Source: Tubulanus polymorphus
Lineage: Eukaryota > Animalia > Nemertea
Length of the DNA stretch: 64,000 bases
Direction: 5' to 3'
Assembly (NCBI RefSeq): GCF_964204645.1
Contig: NC_134027.1
Location: forward strand, 7,472,485 to 7,536,484
The translations under genes were made by a program, and so were the position numbers. Under the pieces are notes generated by a model. The model was not told where the DNA came from and searched no databases. It saw only the letters and a list, made by a program, of their open reading frames with translations. Positions 12,346 through 25,500 of this stretch are shown here, one piece after another; within the stretch, counting starts at the first letter, position 1, and the number at the start of each line of letters is the position of its first letter.

Positions 12346-15300
12346 ATGTCTGACACATGGAGTGATATCCAGGCTATCAAGAACAAGCAAAGTAGTTTGC
12401 GTGAAAAACTACTGAGACGTCGAAGAGAAAGAGAAGGAATTGTTGCAGACATAACTTCTTCAACTTCTTCTTCCACTCATTCCACATCAGCAATTGCAAC
12501 TTCTTCAGGTTCTCAAGATGTTAAACCTGGTATGCCCTTCTTTTGCTCACCCATCCATAATTTTTGATTTTAAAATTATTAGAAAATTATCTAAGCGAAA
12601 TGATTAACTGATTCTTTAATTAAACAATAACACAAATCGAATAACGGAATATGGTGATTTTGATATCTGTTTATTTCAGAATTAAAACTAAGCCCATCGG
12701 TCCTTTCTGATCTGAAATCGAAGCCTGGATCGAGAAGTACAAGTCCGGCATCATCTTCGTCAGCTGCTATACTAACTGACACAAGTTTAGTGGGCGTAAA
12801 ACAAGATGAGCCTCATGTTCCTGTCAATCCTGCAGTTGAGAAACAGCTCTTGCTAACGTTATGTGATATAAATATCGTTTATCCTTGTGAATCGCGTACG
12901 CTTCTATCGTATGTTTCTCGTGTCATCGATACAGACGTATCATCGCGAGCCATAGAGGATCTACTCGAGAAATTCTCTGCTCAGCGTCTAATATGGTAAT
13001 AAATACAGTAAAAATACGATATTTCCCAAACCACCGATTTTAAGAATTGAAAAGCATAGATCTTTTCTGATTTTAGCATTGAAAAGAAAAAAGGAATACT
13101 GACCGTAACATCAACAGATCATGCAAAGGTGATTATAATTATTGTATTCACCTCCTTCCACATGGTTTTAGATAGAAGTCGAAATTACTGATAATGAGAT
13201 TTCTTTACAGTTAACTGCAGTCACAGCAGATGGAGAAGCTCAACATACCCATAGAAAACGAAAACGTGAAAAGTGAGTAAAGGAATTAATATTGTAGGCC
13301 TGATGTCATTGTTTTAGATAATGACAACGATTAAAGATTGAAAAAAATTGTTTTAAGTTAAAGCTTTTTGGTGAAACTTGACAAAAGCTGTTATCTCAAT
13401 TTCATCTTTATCTCAGAAATATTGCTGAAATCACCGAAATCAAGACTAGTAAAGCAGCTAAACTGGAAACGAAGACAGATAACAGCTTGGAGGTGGGTGC
13501 TGTCATGTATTTATTTTGAAATAGATTATTAGTTATCATCACTATTTACGCCTGATTTTTTCTCAGAGTCTTTTATCGATGCAGTCATCAAAAGAGCGTG
13601 AAAACAAAAAACTAAATGAAGAAATATTGCAGCTGTTAAGTAAACCCACTGCCAAGGTATAAATTTTGAATAATTCCATTTGATTTGTACCTGCAATATG
13701 TTTTAGTTGAAATTTACTTTTTTCAGGAACAATCAATTGTTGAGAAATTCAAATCACAGGGAGGTACGCATGAAAATGGATTATTTTTCATATTTTTATT
13801 TGCATGGAATCGCAATATGTTGCTATTAACTTACACCTTACTTTAACAACAGGAGCTCAGGTAAAAGAGTTTTGTCCGTATGGAACTAAAGATGAGTGCA
13901 AGAAGATCGGACAAACAACAGAAGCTTGTAGTAAATTACATTTCAGGAAAATCATTCATAAACATACAGATGGTAAGTTACTTAAGCTACTACTCAGCTA
14001 CAGCTGAATAACTAGTGAATTCATATAAAACACTGTTTTTCTTGTATTCTTCAGAATCTCTTGGAGATTGCTCATTCTTGAATACATGTTTTCACATGGA
14101 TACCTGTAAAGTAAGTAAGATTAATTCATCCATTAAGGTTACAACAGCAAACTTGGCTTACAGGATAATTCCTGGTTGTCTTTTTAGTATGTTCACTATG
14201 AAATTGATTACCCTGAGGAGGAACCTGAACGCCCCCTTCCAGTTGTAAAGCGAAGTGATGCCAAAGCCACTGACACAATACTCTACCCACCACAGGTTAG
14301 TGATGACCATAAAAAGGAAACTTATTCAGTAAAATTTGTTTCAGTATAGGCCTAATGCGAAAAACTCAAAGTTTGATCCATATATGAAGAGAGGTCATGC
14401 AGACATGTACTTTTTCGTTGTGACCTACGCCCTATTCTTATTCAAACACAATCCATGGTTTACGTCATAGACCCGTGAAGTTAGTAAAACCCTGGATTAT
14501 TTTTTTTGCTATGTATGGCATGTCTCCAGGTTGACATACAAACAATGACGTCATATGCAAGACCTATATACCATATTGATAGGACCTATGTGATTGACCA
14601 TTCAGAAATTTACATTTCAGTGGATTCAAAGTGATATACGATATTTTGATTTACGAGTATTGGGAAAATGCGCTGTTGTGATGGCTGATCCGCCTTGGGA
14701 CATACACATGGAACTTCCATACGGTACAATGAGTGATGATGAAATGAGAGCATTGGAACTGCCTGCTTTGTCCGATGATGGCTTCATATTTTTATGGGTG
14801 ACTGGAAGGTAATTTTCAATCAGGAAGCTATTTTCATTATCATATTAATTTGTACACATATATTAAGTGTTGGTCTTTTGTCTCTTCAATAGGGCTATGG
14901 AGCTCGGCCGTGAATGTTTAAGACTTTGGGGGTATAAACGTATAGATGAATTAATCTGGGTGAAAACCAATCAGTTACAAAGAATTATCAGAACAGGAAG
15001 GACTGGTCATTGGTTAAACCATGGAAAAGAACATTGCCTGGTATGTCCTGTTTTTTAGCCCACTTGGGACTTTAGTCCCAGCGGGCTATTGCGTTCACTT
15101 TTCGTCCGTCGTCCGTCCGTTCGTCCGTCCGTCCGTCCGTAGACGGAATCCAGTTATTTTGGGAAGTTTTGAAGACACTTTAAGGTAATGTCTTGATATT
15201 TGGGTTACACATGTATCTACCCTAGACACATCTTCGCCAAAATCAGCACTTTTTACACATTTTTGAACTTTTTGAGGGAAATTTTGAAGACGCTTTGATC

Positions 15301-16921
15301 AATTACCTTGATCTTTCGGTTATATGTGAATCCCTCCAGGGCCCATCAGCATATCAAAAATTGGGTCGATCGGACTCAAGATGGCCGTCCTATGACCTTT
15401 TTAGTGCCCAAAAATGTTAATTTTGGCCCAAATTCTGAGTCCTGTAGCTTCCTACTGGTTTACCATTTCTCATTGCAATTTGTGATGGGTATTCTTTGGA
15501 AAGGGATGTTTTATACCTGAGACAGGTATTTTTCATCAGCCAATTATGACGCAATTGGCGGCCATCTTGGTGTCACCAGTACTCATTCGTAAGTGGGAAA
15601 AAGTTTTTTCACATTATATTGATACCTAAGCGTATTTTGTTACCACAATCATTAAGAAAGTTGTAGCTCATAACGTGTTCTATGATTGTGGTGAGTTTCA
15701 AGATCATTGGATTTTATATATGGCCACCAGGGGGCGGTGAATAATGCAATATCTTAGCATTTCTATATTATATTCGTACCTATGCATATTTTGTAAGCAC
15801 AATCAATTGGAAAGTTGTAGCTCATGACATAATCTATGATTGTTGCGAGTTTTAAGGTCATTATTTATTCTATATGGTCACCAGGGGGCGTTGAATAGTA
15901 GAATAACTTAATATTTCCTTATTATATTGGTACCTAGGCATATTTTGTTACCATGATCAATTACAAAGTTGTAGTTCATGACATGTTCTATGATTGTGGT
16001 AAGTTTCGAGGTAATTGGGTTTTGAATATGGTCACCAGGGGGCGTTAAATAGTAGAATAACTTAGTATTTCCATATTAAATTGGTAACGAGGCATATTTT
16101 GTTATCACAATCAATTACAAAATCGTAGCTGCTGACATGTTCTATGATTGTGGTGAGTTTCAAGTTCATTGGTTTTTGTATACGGTCACCAGGGGGCGTT
16201 CAATATTGATATTGTTAGATTGTTGAGCATTTGGAACCACTTCCCAAGTGGGCATGGTGTCCCTGGACCCCTAGTTATCAATGAATATGAATGTAGCAAG
16301 AATTTCAACTTAGCTAAGATGAAATAATACCTTGTTTAATTTAAAAGAAATTACCCAGTAGGCAATTGGCTGGGTCAACTTTTTAGCTCAGCAGAAATGA
16401 AAAACAATTTTTAGCCTTATCAGACACATTTTATGAATATGTATGTATTTCCGAAAATTGTAGGTTGGAGTAAAAGGAAATCCTCAAGGCGTTAATCGTG
16501 GTCTTGATGCAGACATACTTGTGGCTGAGGTAAATCATCTGCGGACGCTCATATTAACTATTGAATTCTCAATGAAAATAGAATAAGATATGTGACTCTT
16601 TCATAAATTTTGTTTCAGGTTCGAGCAACAAGCCATAAACCGGATGAAATATATGGTATCATTGAAAGACTTTCACCCGGTACCAGAAAAGTGGAATTAT
16701 TTGGAAGACCACACAATGCGCAACCTAATTGGTACAGTGAACTTCATGGTGTAATGTTGAGACATTTAATAAATAAGACAAATTTTTTAAAATACTAAAT
16801 CTTTTCTAGGATAACTTTAGGAAATCAACTGGATGGTGTAAGGCTATTGGATCCAGAGATCGTAAAACGATTCAGAGAAAAATATCCTGATGGAAATTGT
16901 ATGGGACCACCTAAGAAATAA
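12346..16921 (+). CDS. METTL3: N6-adenosine methyltransferase catalytic subunit (m6A writer), multi-exon
   Basis: N-terminus [26 protein letters not shown] zinc fingers ([11 protein letters not shown]...KLHF; [20 protein letters not shown]), catalytic [37 protein letters not shown]; stop at 16919-16921. Confidence 0.98.
15051..16276 (+). mobile_element. Non-autonomous Helentron/HINE (DINE-1-like) element in a METTL3 intron
   Basis: Starts in a T-run; 12-bp subterminal IR gcccacttggga (15058-15069)/tcccaagtgggc (16242-16253); 5' hairpin; (GTCC)n microsatellite at ~15104-15140; internal tandem repeats; 3' hairpin ggtgtcc-ct-ggacccc followed by ctagtt. Confidence 0.8.
15600..16205 (+). repeat. 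Four diverged 154-bp tandem repeats inside the HINE
   Basis: The ccagggggcg anchor recurs at 15727, 15881, 16035 and 16189 (period exactly 154), with shared aaagttgtagctca...tctatgattgtggtgagtttca blocks. Confidence 0.92.
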
Positions 16922-18285
16922 TCATTGCTCGTTGATATGATTGATGCATTTAAATCATGATTGATAATGTATTTGTAAAATATTTATGTTTTAAAAATGT
17001 GAATATGATGGTATTGGCGATAATAAATATGTCTAGATTATGAAATCTTGGAATAAATTCTAATAAAATCTGGGATTGATGATTGATATTTTGTGTGAAT
17101 CGTGGGATTCGAACGCACTTGTAGTGGCTAACAGGCCGAACATTCACACGGGATTCGAACCCACTTTCATGGACGCAAGAATTAGATCGGGATACTCAAT
17201 AGCGCACATCCCCCTCTAGCGAATTGAAGGTGCTCAATGTGGTGTCCATTTTGATATTTTCTGCGCAGATCGGAGGCGAATCGACAGTCGAGGTTCGAGG
17301 CGATTATTCACCCCTAGAAACTCCGTAGACGCCTGAAAATCTGGTAATACACAGTTTCTCATAAATAGTTCGGTTATATCGTAATTATTTGTAGGTTTAA
17401 TGGTGATTTATGTGTTAAAATCGGCTTCAATCGCGTCGGGTACCCGACGGCGCATGAGTCGCGCAGTCGCAATGGAACATGGCGGAGAAGACGACGGAAA
17501 AATTGATATATTTTGTCGATTTCTGATCTCCACGTACATTTGCAATCGTAACAATTGCGATAGAAATATAGTCGTTATTTTCTGCTGAGGAACCTAATGT
17601 ATTGTTTTGTTCAGTTCGTTTTGTATGAGCGGTGGTAGATTACATTTGATACCGAACGTAAGATTCGAGCCCGGGCCGGGGTGACGCGCACGCATCGTGT
17701 TATTATTTTCATTCAGTGTTCGGCGCAGTCGCAAACACCATCTTCAATTACAATCGACACGTGCTCACTATATGTCAAAAGATTTAAACACTTGGTCACG
17801 ACAAATCATAAAATGTGAATTGAATTATGTTTCAATTTATATTATGTAGTTAGTAATTGGACCCCCTATAAAAAGGGACCCCTGTTATAAATTACAACAA
17901 AGAACTTTTTCTGTTGCATGGGTGCACCCCCAGTGTCAAAAGTGGATTGCCCCGAAATTTAACAGGAAAATGAAAAATATTTAACAAACTGATACACCTA
18001 AACAAGTTAAAATGTCAAAGCTTGTTCTGTATTTCCAAAAATGTGTTATTGTTCTCCAATCAGTTCTTTTTTGGGGTGTCCTTTTGATTATATGATATGC
18101 CCTATTTTTTTGAGGTTGCACCCCTCCCTAAATCAGCCCTATATGCACCCCTGCTCACGATGTTACTGAATCCTCTTGATATTATCAATCATGGCTAGAG
18201 CCAAATTAATACCAGTTAATTATCAACTCAGAAAAGATTTGACAAAAATAATTATCTTATTTGGTTTATTCAAATATTAGGTTTG

Positions 18286-21226
18286 ATGATGAACATAGTG
18301 ACAACACACAACAGTCGGATTATATCACATTCTGAAATGTCTGGTATAAACAGTACATGTATGGAAATGATGACTGAAGATATGAGTGAGCCCAGTTCGC
18401 CTGAAAGCGCTTTCGATGAATCTGATTTATTGGGTCATGCTGTGAATGACGATGTCACTGCTCAACTTGCTGCTGCTGGTAAGTTTTAGGTAATCAGTTC
18501 AGCACGAAGACTAGTGGCAGCAAACAAAACTAAAAGTTTGTAGCACATGGTGCATGAAAATCAACGAATTCGATTCTGCTTGGCCAATTACATGAAGTTT
18601 TTCAAAATTTGTAAAATTCACTCTTGCCTTGCAACTCTATAAGTATCTAATGGGGTACCAACTCAGAAATCTGAAATCGATTGATTACAGGACCAATAGG
18701 TGTCGCTGCGGCTGCTGCTATTGCTACCGGGAAAAAGCGTAAACGCCCATTTTCATTTGAAACAAATCCTTCAATTCGGAAACGTCAACAAACTCGACTT
18801 CTCAGGTAAAAAATACTCCGGCGGATTAAAGTTTTTGGTTCGGAAGTTGTGCAGTATAGCTTTGAAAGTCTAGATCACAAATTTGAAATATTTTGTCATT
18901 GTAAATTGATATATTTTTAGGAAGTTGAAACAGACAATAGATGAATACACTACTAGAGTAGGACAACAGGCGATTGTTTTGGGTGTCACTCCTGGTAAAT
19001 CTAATCATGGCCTTTCGTATAAAGTGTTTGGATCGCAACCGCTTGAAAATGTGGTAAGTTCTATTAGACTATAAATCTTATTTTGTCATTTGTAGTTTGT
19101 GCTTGATTTATAGTGTAAATCATACAAATTATATGAATTGAATTTTCATGAATTTTTCCCAGATTCGCAATTGTAAGGGAGTGATTATGCAAGATCTTGA
19201 AAGCGCTTTAGCTCAACAAGCGCCACCTCCTTCTGCTGATACATCTAGTCTTCACGAGCTTCCACCGTTAAATGTAGATGGTATACCTACACCTATTGAT
19301 AAAATGACTCAAGTAAGTTTCAAGGTTCATTTCCCTGCTGAAATATATGAAGTGAATACTTCTAATGGTGCATGTTTCTTATAATTGAGTTGCAATTTGT
19401 CAGATATTTTAAGTGTTTTATATTTTACATACTTGTTTTTTTTTACAGGCTCAATTACGTGCATTTATTCCTGAAATGTTGAAATATTCTACCGGACGTT
19501 CGAAACCTGGTTGGGGTAAACCTGAATATCGCCCGGTTTGGTGGCCAATTGATTTACCGTGGGCTAATGTACGCAGTGATGTCCGGTCCGATGATCAGAA
19601 GAAAAAAGTAAGAGGCACTATTCTGTTAGCTAGAATTTGTTGTTGATCTGAAGAGGATAACAATAGATCTTGTCTCTTAATCTACCTCTCCGATTTCTAT
19701 CTACCTCTCCGATTTCTATCCCAATGCTAGTGGGGTTTTGGCAAATTTCGAAATTTGGTTCAACTTGACATTTTACCATTTCGTCTTTTCGATAAGTGTA
19801 TAGAAGATACTAAAGATCGTGGTGTCTCCTTTTGTATTATCGACAGGTTTCATGGACACATGCTTTGAGACAAATCGTGAAGAACTGTTATAAACATCAT
19901 GGCCGTGAAGATTTACTGCCCGCATTTGACGAGAACATCAGTTCTAATTCGGTCGCTACATTTGCTCAACCGACGATGGTGCAAACAATCAATAACCCTG
20001 ATGGCACAGTGTCTATCATACAGATCGATACTAGTAGTAATGGTAATGCTGTGGTAACACTAGGAGATGGAACGCAAGCTACAGTTGTGCAGGCTGTTCA
20101 AGCTGTGAGTATAGTTGATGGTAGTAAACCTCTCCATAGTGAATGCTATTGGTTCCGTAAAAAAACATTCACTTAGTTTTATATAGGGTCTGAGTTATAT
20201 TAATTGAATAAAACTTCATAGACCCACTTACCTTTGGAAAGATTTGCACTGTCCACTACAGAAGTAAAATGTTCATTAAGAACTCGACAAAATGATCACT
20301 GTCGGCTATATTGAGGTGTTAACTTATTTGTTGTTAAGATTGATAACTGGATATTGCCTTCCTTTTTAGGATCATATGTTTGGTAATAGTCATGGATTGC
20401 AGTTAGTGCAATTGAAGACCGACCAAGTCGGTGATATCTATCAGGTATGAAAGGATTGAGATTAGCTTACTTTTTTTCCTAAGTGAATATTATTTTTACT
20501 AACGATTTGATGTTTTGTACTAAAAAACAGCAGAACGGGGCCCATGAAGCAAATCAAGCCGTACAAACTCTAGCCGAGGTTGCGTCCTCTCAGTCAGAAA
20601 CTGGAACTACTGTTGCTACGCTAACTGAGGCTACTTTAAATCAGGAAACTGGACAAATTATCTTAACTGGTGATGGTTCAGGATTAGGTAAAATGATATA
20701 TATTGTCTGAAAATATAAGAAATAGAATAAAGATTCAAATACTCATATTGTTCTCTTATCTGACCTGAAGTCTAATGTATTGTAATTGTTTACGACATTG
20801 TTATTTTGAATTGATTTATGCACCTAATACCCTGGGCCCAGTTTTATAGACTGGTATTAACTCCGGTTAACCCTCAGCTTAAAGTTATAACCATTCTATA
20901 AAACTGGCCCCTGTGGTTTACTGAAATAAGGTTATTCGTGTACTTGGTTACCTAGGGCGATTATGTTTATTGTTTATCCTCTTTTCGTGCTTACTATAGG
21001 AATGGTAACTTTACCAGTATCAATGTATTCGACTGTTGTGACAAATATTTCGCAACTTCAAGATCAACAACAGCAGCATCATCATCATCATCAACAAGAA
21101 CACCAAAATGTGCATATAGCTTTAGCTCCTCAGAATTCTGAACATAATCAGTCGGCAGATGTACCGGATGCGACGAACGCTGTCGAGATTATGACTATCG
21201 AACAAGGACCCTCAACTTCTACGTGA
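18286..21226 (+). CDS. NRF1: Nuclear respiratory factor 1 / erect wing / P3A2 transcription factor
   Basis: DDVTAQLAAAGPIGVAAAAAIATGKKRKRPFSFETNPSIRKRQQTRLLRKL, LPPLNVDGIPTPIDKMTQAQLRAFIPEMLKYSTGRSKPGWG, VSWTHALRQIVKNCYKHHGREDLL and AVQTLAEVA. A non-coding first exon is likely near 17250-17343. Confidence 0.97.
19680..19720. repeat. Tandem duplication of a 19-bp unit (tctacctctccgatttcta x2) in an NRF1 intron
   Basis: Seen directly. Confidence 0.85.
20835..20910. mobile_element. PIF/Harbinger-type MITE (same family as 35293)
   Basis: ctg|ggcccagttttataga...tctataaaactggccc|ctg. Confidence 0.65.
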
Positions 21227-22572
21227 TGAAACAAAAAATCTTTAGCTAATCGTGATTACCGAAATAATGCCTCTTAGAATAGTAATCATAGTATGACTAT
21301 CATAGTCGCTATCAGCTCAAATTAAGAATGTTTTTGTTGACTTTGTGCTATTTCTCCTTTGATGAAAGTTTAATGAGATATTTATTACAAACCTGGCTTT
21401 TGTTTGAAGGTTAAGGTTTCATTAAGGGTCATGGATAGAACTTTGATACATTTTTTTTTTTCAGTAAAACTGATATAAACAAACAAACATAATTTTCTCA
21501 GTCAAATGTGGACAGTGAAAGTCAGAAAGTGCAAAGAAATGTTAGCTCAACGCTTTCCCTTATGAATGAATATTTGATTTGAATGAATTATGAAAAATGT
21601 AATTTAAAATCGGTTTAAGTGATTTTTCATGTCAAGACATCTTGAGTATCATGGTTCTTGTCAAAACCAGTGTTAGAACAACCTGTGGTTTAGCCATCTG
21701 CCTTGTGCTTGACTCGACTAAATATCTTAGATATTGTTATAATGATCATTGTTTCTATGAATGTTTTAACAGTTGTTTCACACTTCATTTATCACAGTGG
21801 CCAAAACACTCTTGATCATTTCTTTTATTAATGATGTTAAATTATGTAACATACAAGTATGTAATTAAGTAATTTTGTAAAAATTGCAAATATTTGTAAA
21901 TTTCCTGGACGCTATTTATAGTGTAAATACACGTGTACATCATCTGTAAAATTAAATACATACAAATATATAATCTATATATTTTCAGCAATCTGATTTT
22001 TTCATTTTAGTTACTTACTTCTCATAGGTGTAGGTACACATTTGCCGCAATTTAAAGTCCTTTAATTTTTCACCCTCATATTTTGCCTACTTACACGGAA
22101 AAATGGTACTATTGCTGGGTTTATTCGAAATTGGTGAATGGGCTTTTAGATTTTTAAATCATTGTCGAGGTCCTGGAATTTCACTAAATTATATACATCA
22201 AGTAGGTAGGGGTCCGAACCTCGTCGCGTATCGAGTCTCGGTAACTCTCGAGGGTCGAGTCCCGGCCTAGTGAGGATTTATAGTGTACCCTTGGAAGTGA
22301 GTACTGTATGCGCGTGCTCGCTATTCAATAATGACCCTGTCGGCGTTCCATACAGTGATATCCAACATGGCCGCTGTAAGAATAATGTCGCCATGATGTG
22401 ACGATTGTGGTCAAATTAACCAGTTAAATTTCGCTCATGACGAACATTTTACACGGCAATCTCGGGTTTGTGGGCGAGTTAACACCTGGAAGTTGTAGTA
22501 TTTCGTTTAATTTAGTAATAAAGAAGGCTTGGCGTTGTCTGGGGCTTTCGACCCGACGGTTCTTATGGAATT

Positions 22573-25500
22573 ATGAATCTAGATTCGCTGTCCTTTGCCT
22601 TGTCTCAAATAAGTTATTCGGTGGCCAATCTGACGAAAAAGAACTTCAAATCGAGTATAGCAGAAATCTCATACGTAAGTTTTAAACTTGTGATATATGG
22701 TGGAGGAGACTTCGTTTTTATTTTTCCTTTTTATAACATTTTTCAAAAACAATGCTAAAAAATCTAGGACAAAAGATATTCGAAATGTTTTTTATGTTGA
22801 ATTTTCAAAAATAAGTGTATCATTTAGGTATTGATCTTTATTTAATTTGTATTTGTGCTTAGTTAATTTAATTGTTGGATATGAAATGAAAATGAAAGGG
22901 ACCAGGAAGCACGGTTGTAGTAAAGGGTAATAATAATTGTAGGCAGGTGATCTATTTTGCCAATGCAGCAATATTCCTGTTAACGTTATTTTGCTAATAG
23001 CTCATTCTGATAAGCTAATTTACACCCAGGGCGAACTTAGATTTTTGTAGCTTGTCAACTAGTGGTCAGAACTAATGACCGAACGCATTTTACTTTGGTC
23101 GAAAATTATTTCACATTGTCGGCCATCTTGGATATAGGCCATGGTCGACCATTTATAAACTATAGTTCCGACTAACTGACATTCGGTTTTACTTAGTTCG
23201 ACTATAGTCGACTGAAGTTCACCCTGCATGCGCACGGAGATGCAGTGTATTTCCACTAGACCACCAAGGTTCATGGAATCCGACTTAATGTTTTAACAGT
23301 ACATACAGTACTCGACCTAACCCTATCCCTAGCTGTAAATCTGACCCTAGACCTGTTCTTAAGTCTAATGAAATAATTTTATTTCTGTTTTTATTAGCAT
23401 ATCTTGTAGATTTTGGCAAAATATCATTTACTATAATCTAATGCATCCGCAAAATTTGCACCATCATTGTAAGGTCTAATTATGGTTAGGAAATTGGGCT
23501 AGCAATAAGCTGGCACAGGTTCGAATACTGAGCCATCTTCTGTATCTTTAACTCATTTTCGCATGCATCAATCACTATGAGTTATCAGCATAATAACAAT
23601 AACTGGGATGATATCGCATGGGCAAAATATCCACTGCCAAAACCCTAGCTTAGTCTCAAAGCAAAACTTAACTAGTTATTGGCCTGCTTGAAAATGCTTA
23701 GTTTTATCATCTCTCTAATATGTATTCAAAAATGTAAATGTAAACCATTTATTTGCAGCTCGTTTCTCAGCACGGTGCTGAGGCTGACAGGCATCTATTC
23801 AGGTGTCTTTTCTCACATGTTGATTTTAGCAGTGATGGTAAAAATTCTGGGAAGGATTTTCATCAGGTAGAGCCTAGGCAATATTAAACCATCTACGTCA
23901 CTTACTAATGTATTTACTGGTGAATGCGTTATATATATGATTTTTATATATTTTTTTGGTATAATTTTCTCTCAGACACAGTATCTTATTCAAGAGTGTG
24001 CTTCATTGTTACAAAAGCCCAACTTTGTATCATTGTTAAGTTACGCTGTTGATACACCTTTAAACCATCAAAAGGTTAGTAGCGTATGTAGTTCGCGAAT
24101 ATGTTCATGTTTAAGTTGCAATGAATTCTGACTTGTTACATGGACGTATAAACTAGATTATACGTCCATACATTAACTTAACTAAGTTGAGCTTGGCAGA
24201 ACCTAGTTATTCGGTCTTAACAGGTTAGAGGTGCCAGAAATTTGACTCATTCTAAATTTCCCTTTGTATCTAGTCGCTGGTTTCACCTTTCGAAACAGTT
24301 GTTCCAAGTTTTAATTTCATGTAAATTGTCAGTTAGTATAAGTTTTTGAAATTGTTCCGTTGCAGACGTTAAAACCTTCTCCGCAGCTTTATACTCAATT
24401 GAGTAAAGTATTGCGGTTGTCTCGAGTACAGGAAGTCGTGTTCGGACTTGCGCTGTTGAACTCTTCAAATTCTGAAACGAGGAATTACGCTGCGCAGTTC
24501 GTTACTCAGAAACTTCCGGATCTCATTCGACTATACATTGATTCTGGTAAGTGTTCATTGATATAACTCGCTATGAAAAAAATTCCATTTTTACAGTTTC
24601 ACCAATACGTGAACATCAATGATTTCAGATACGAACAGTAATCAAGAGAGTGGTTTAACAGATATATCTGTTGAAATATTACATTTACTATTGGTACATC
24701 TCATACATAGAAAAGATCAATTCGGAATCACTGCAGATCAAAAAGAAGCCTTTCTGAAGGCTATCAGAAAAGGTATGTAAGATAATACCGAGAGTTAAAA
24801 AGTTCTTGATTAGATTAGTGTATGAATTACATCTAGAGAGATTTAAACCTATTTTTATCTGTCATATTATATGGAGATAGATTGAATGTCCCTGTAAAAA
24901 AGTTGTACCGGTATCTGAAAATTGCCTGTTATTTAAACAGAATTCCCAAAGGATCAAGTTCCAGTGATTCTCGCGCCTTTGCTCTACTCAAGTGGACAAG
25001 ACATTCCTTTAGCTAAACTAACGATCGACGTGACAGCCAACATGCCGAAAGCTGTATTGGAAAGCTCGCTTCCGGATATGATCCATGAAGCTGGATATGG
25101 ATGCACATCTAGGTATGTGTGTGATTATTGTTGATGGTGCATACTGAGGATTGAGAGATTATAATTGATGACCCTGTTTGAATTTCTTTTTAGTGTTGAT
25201 GAATGTCGTAGTACATTAATGCAGTTTGGTGTACGTGATATAACTCCTACCTCTATAGCTAGAGTCCTCGCTATGATGGCGAAAAATCCATCAGGTTTAA
25301 CTGATTCAATATCTGTGCAGGTAATTATTCCTTGAAAATTTGCCACAATGCAAATATTTGTCTCCTTGTTGTAATACAACTGAATTCTGATTGTTTTTTT
25401 CACTTAAGTCGGTAAACCAGACTGGGTCTAGCATGTGGCCAGAGAAAGACAAGCCCTCGGAGGGCAACACCACAGGGTCATGGAACGTGGATGTATTTGT

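Noticed and set aside
14345-14590. Weak inverted repeats in a METTL3 intron
   Set aside because: Probably a decayed MITE, but termini and TSD could not be defined.
15600-16205. Regularly spaced repeats as a CRISPR array
   Set aside because: Whole 154-bp units are homologous with no unique spacers, there are no cas genes, and the locus is a eukaryotic intron.
17080-17220. tRNA gene
   Set aside because: B-box motifs only; no cloverleaf could be built.
22437-22685. 82-aa ORF overlapping the CNOT1 start
   Set aside because: No homology cue; could be an overlapping uORF but the transcription start is unknown.
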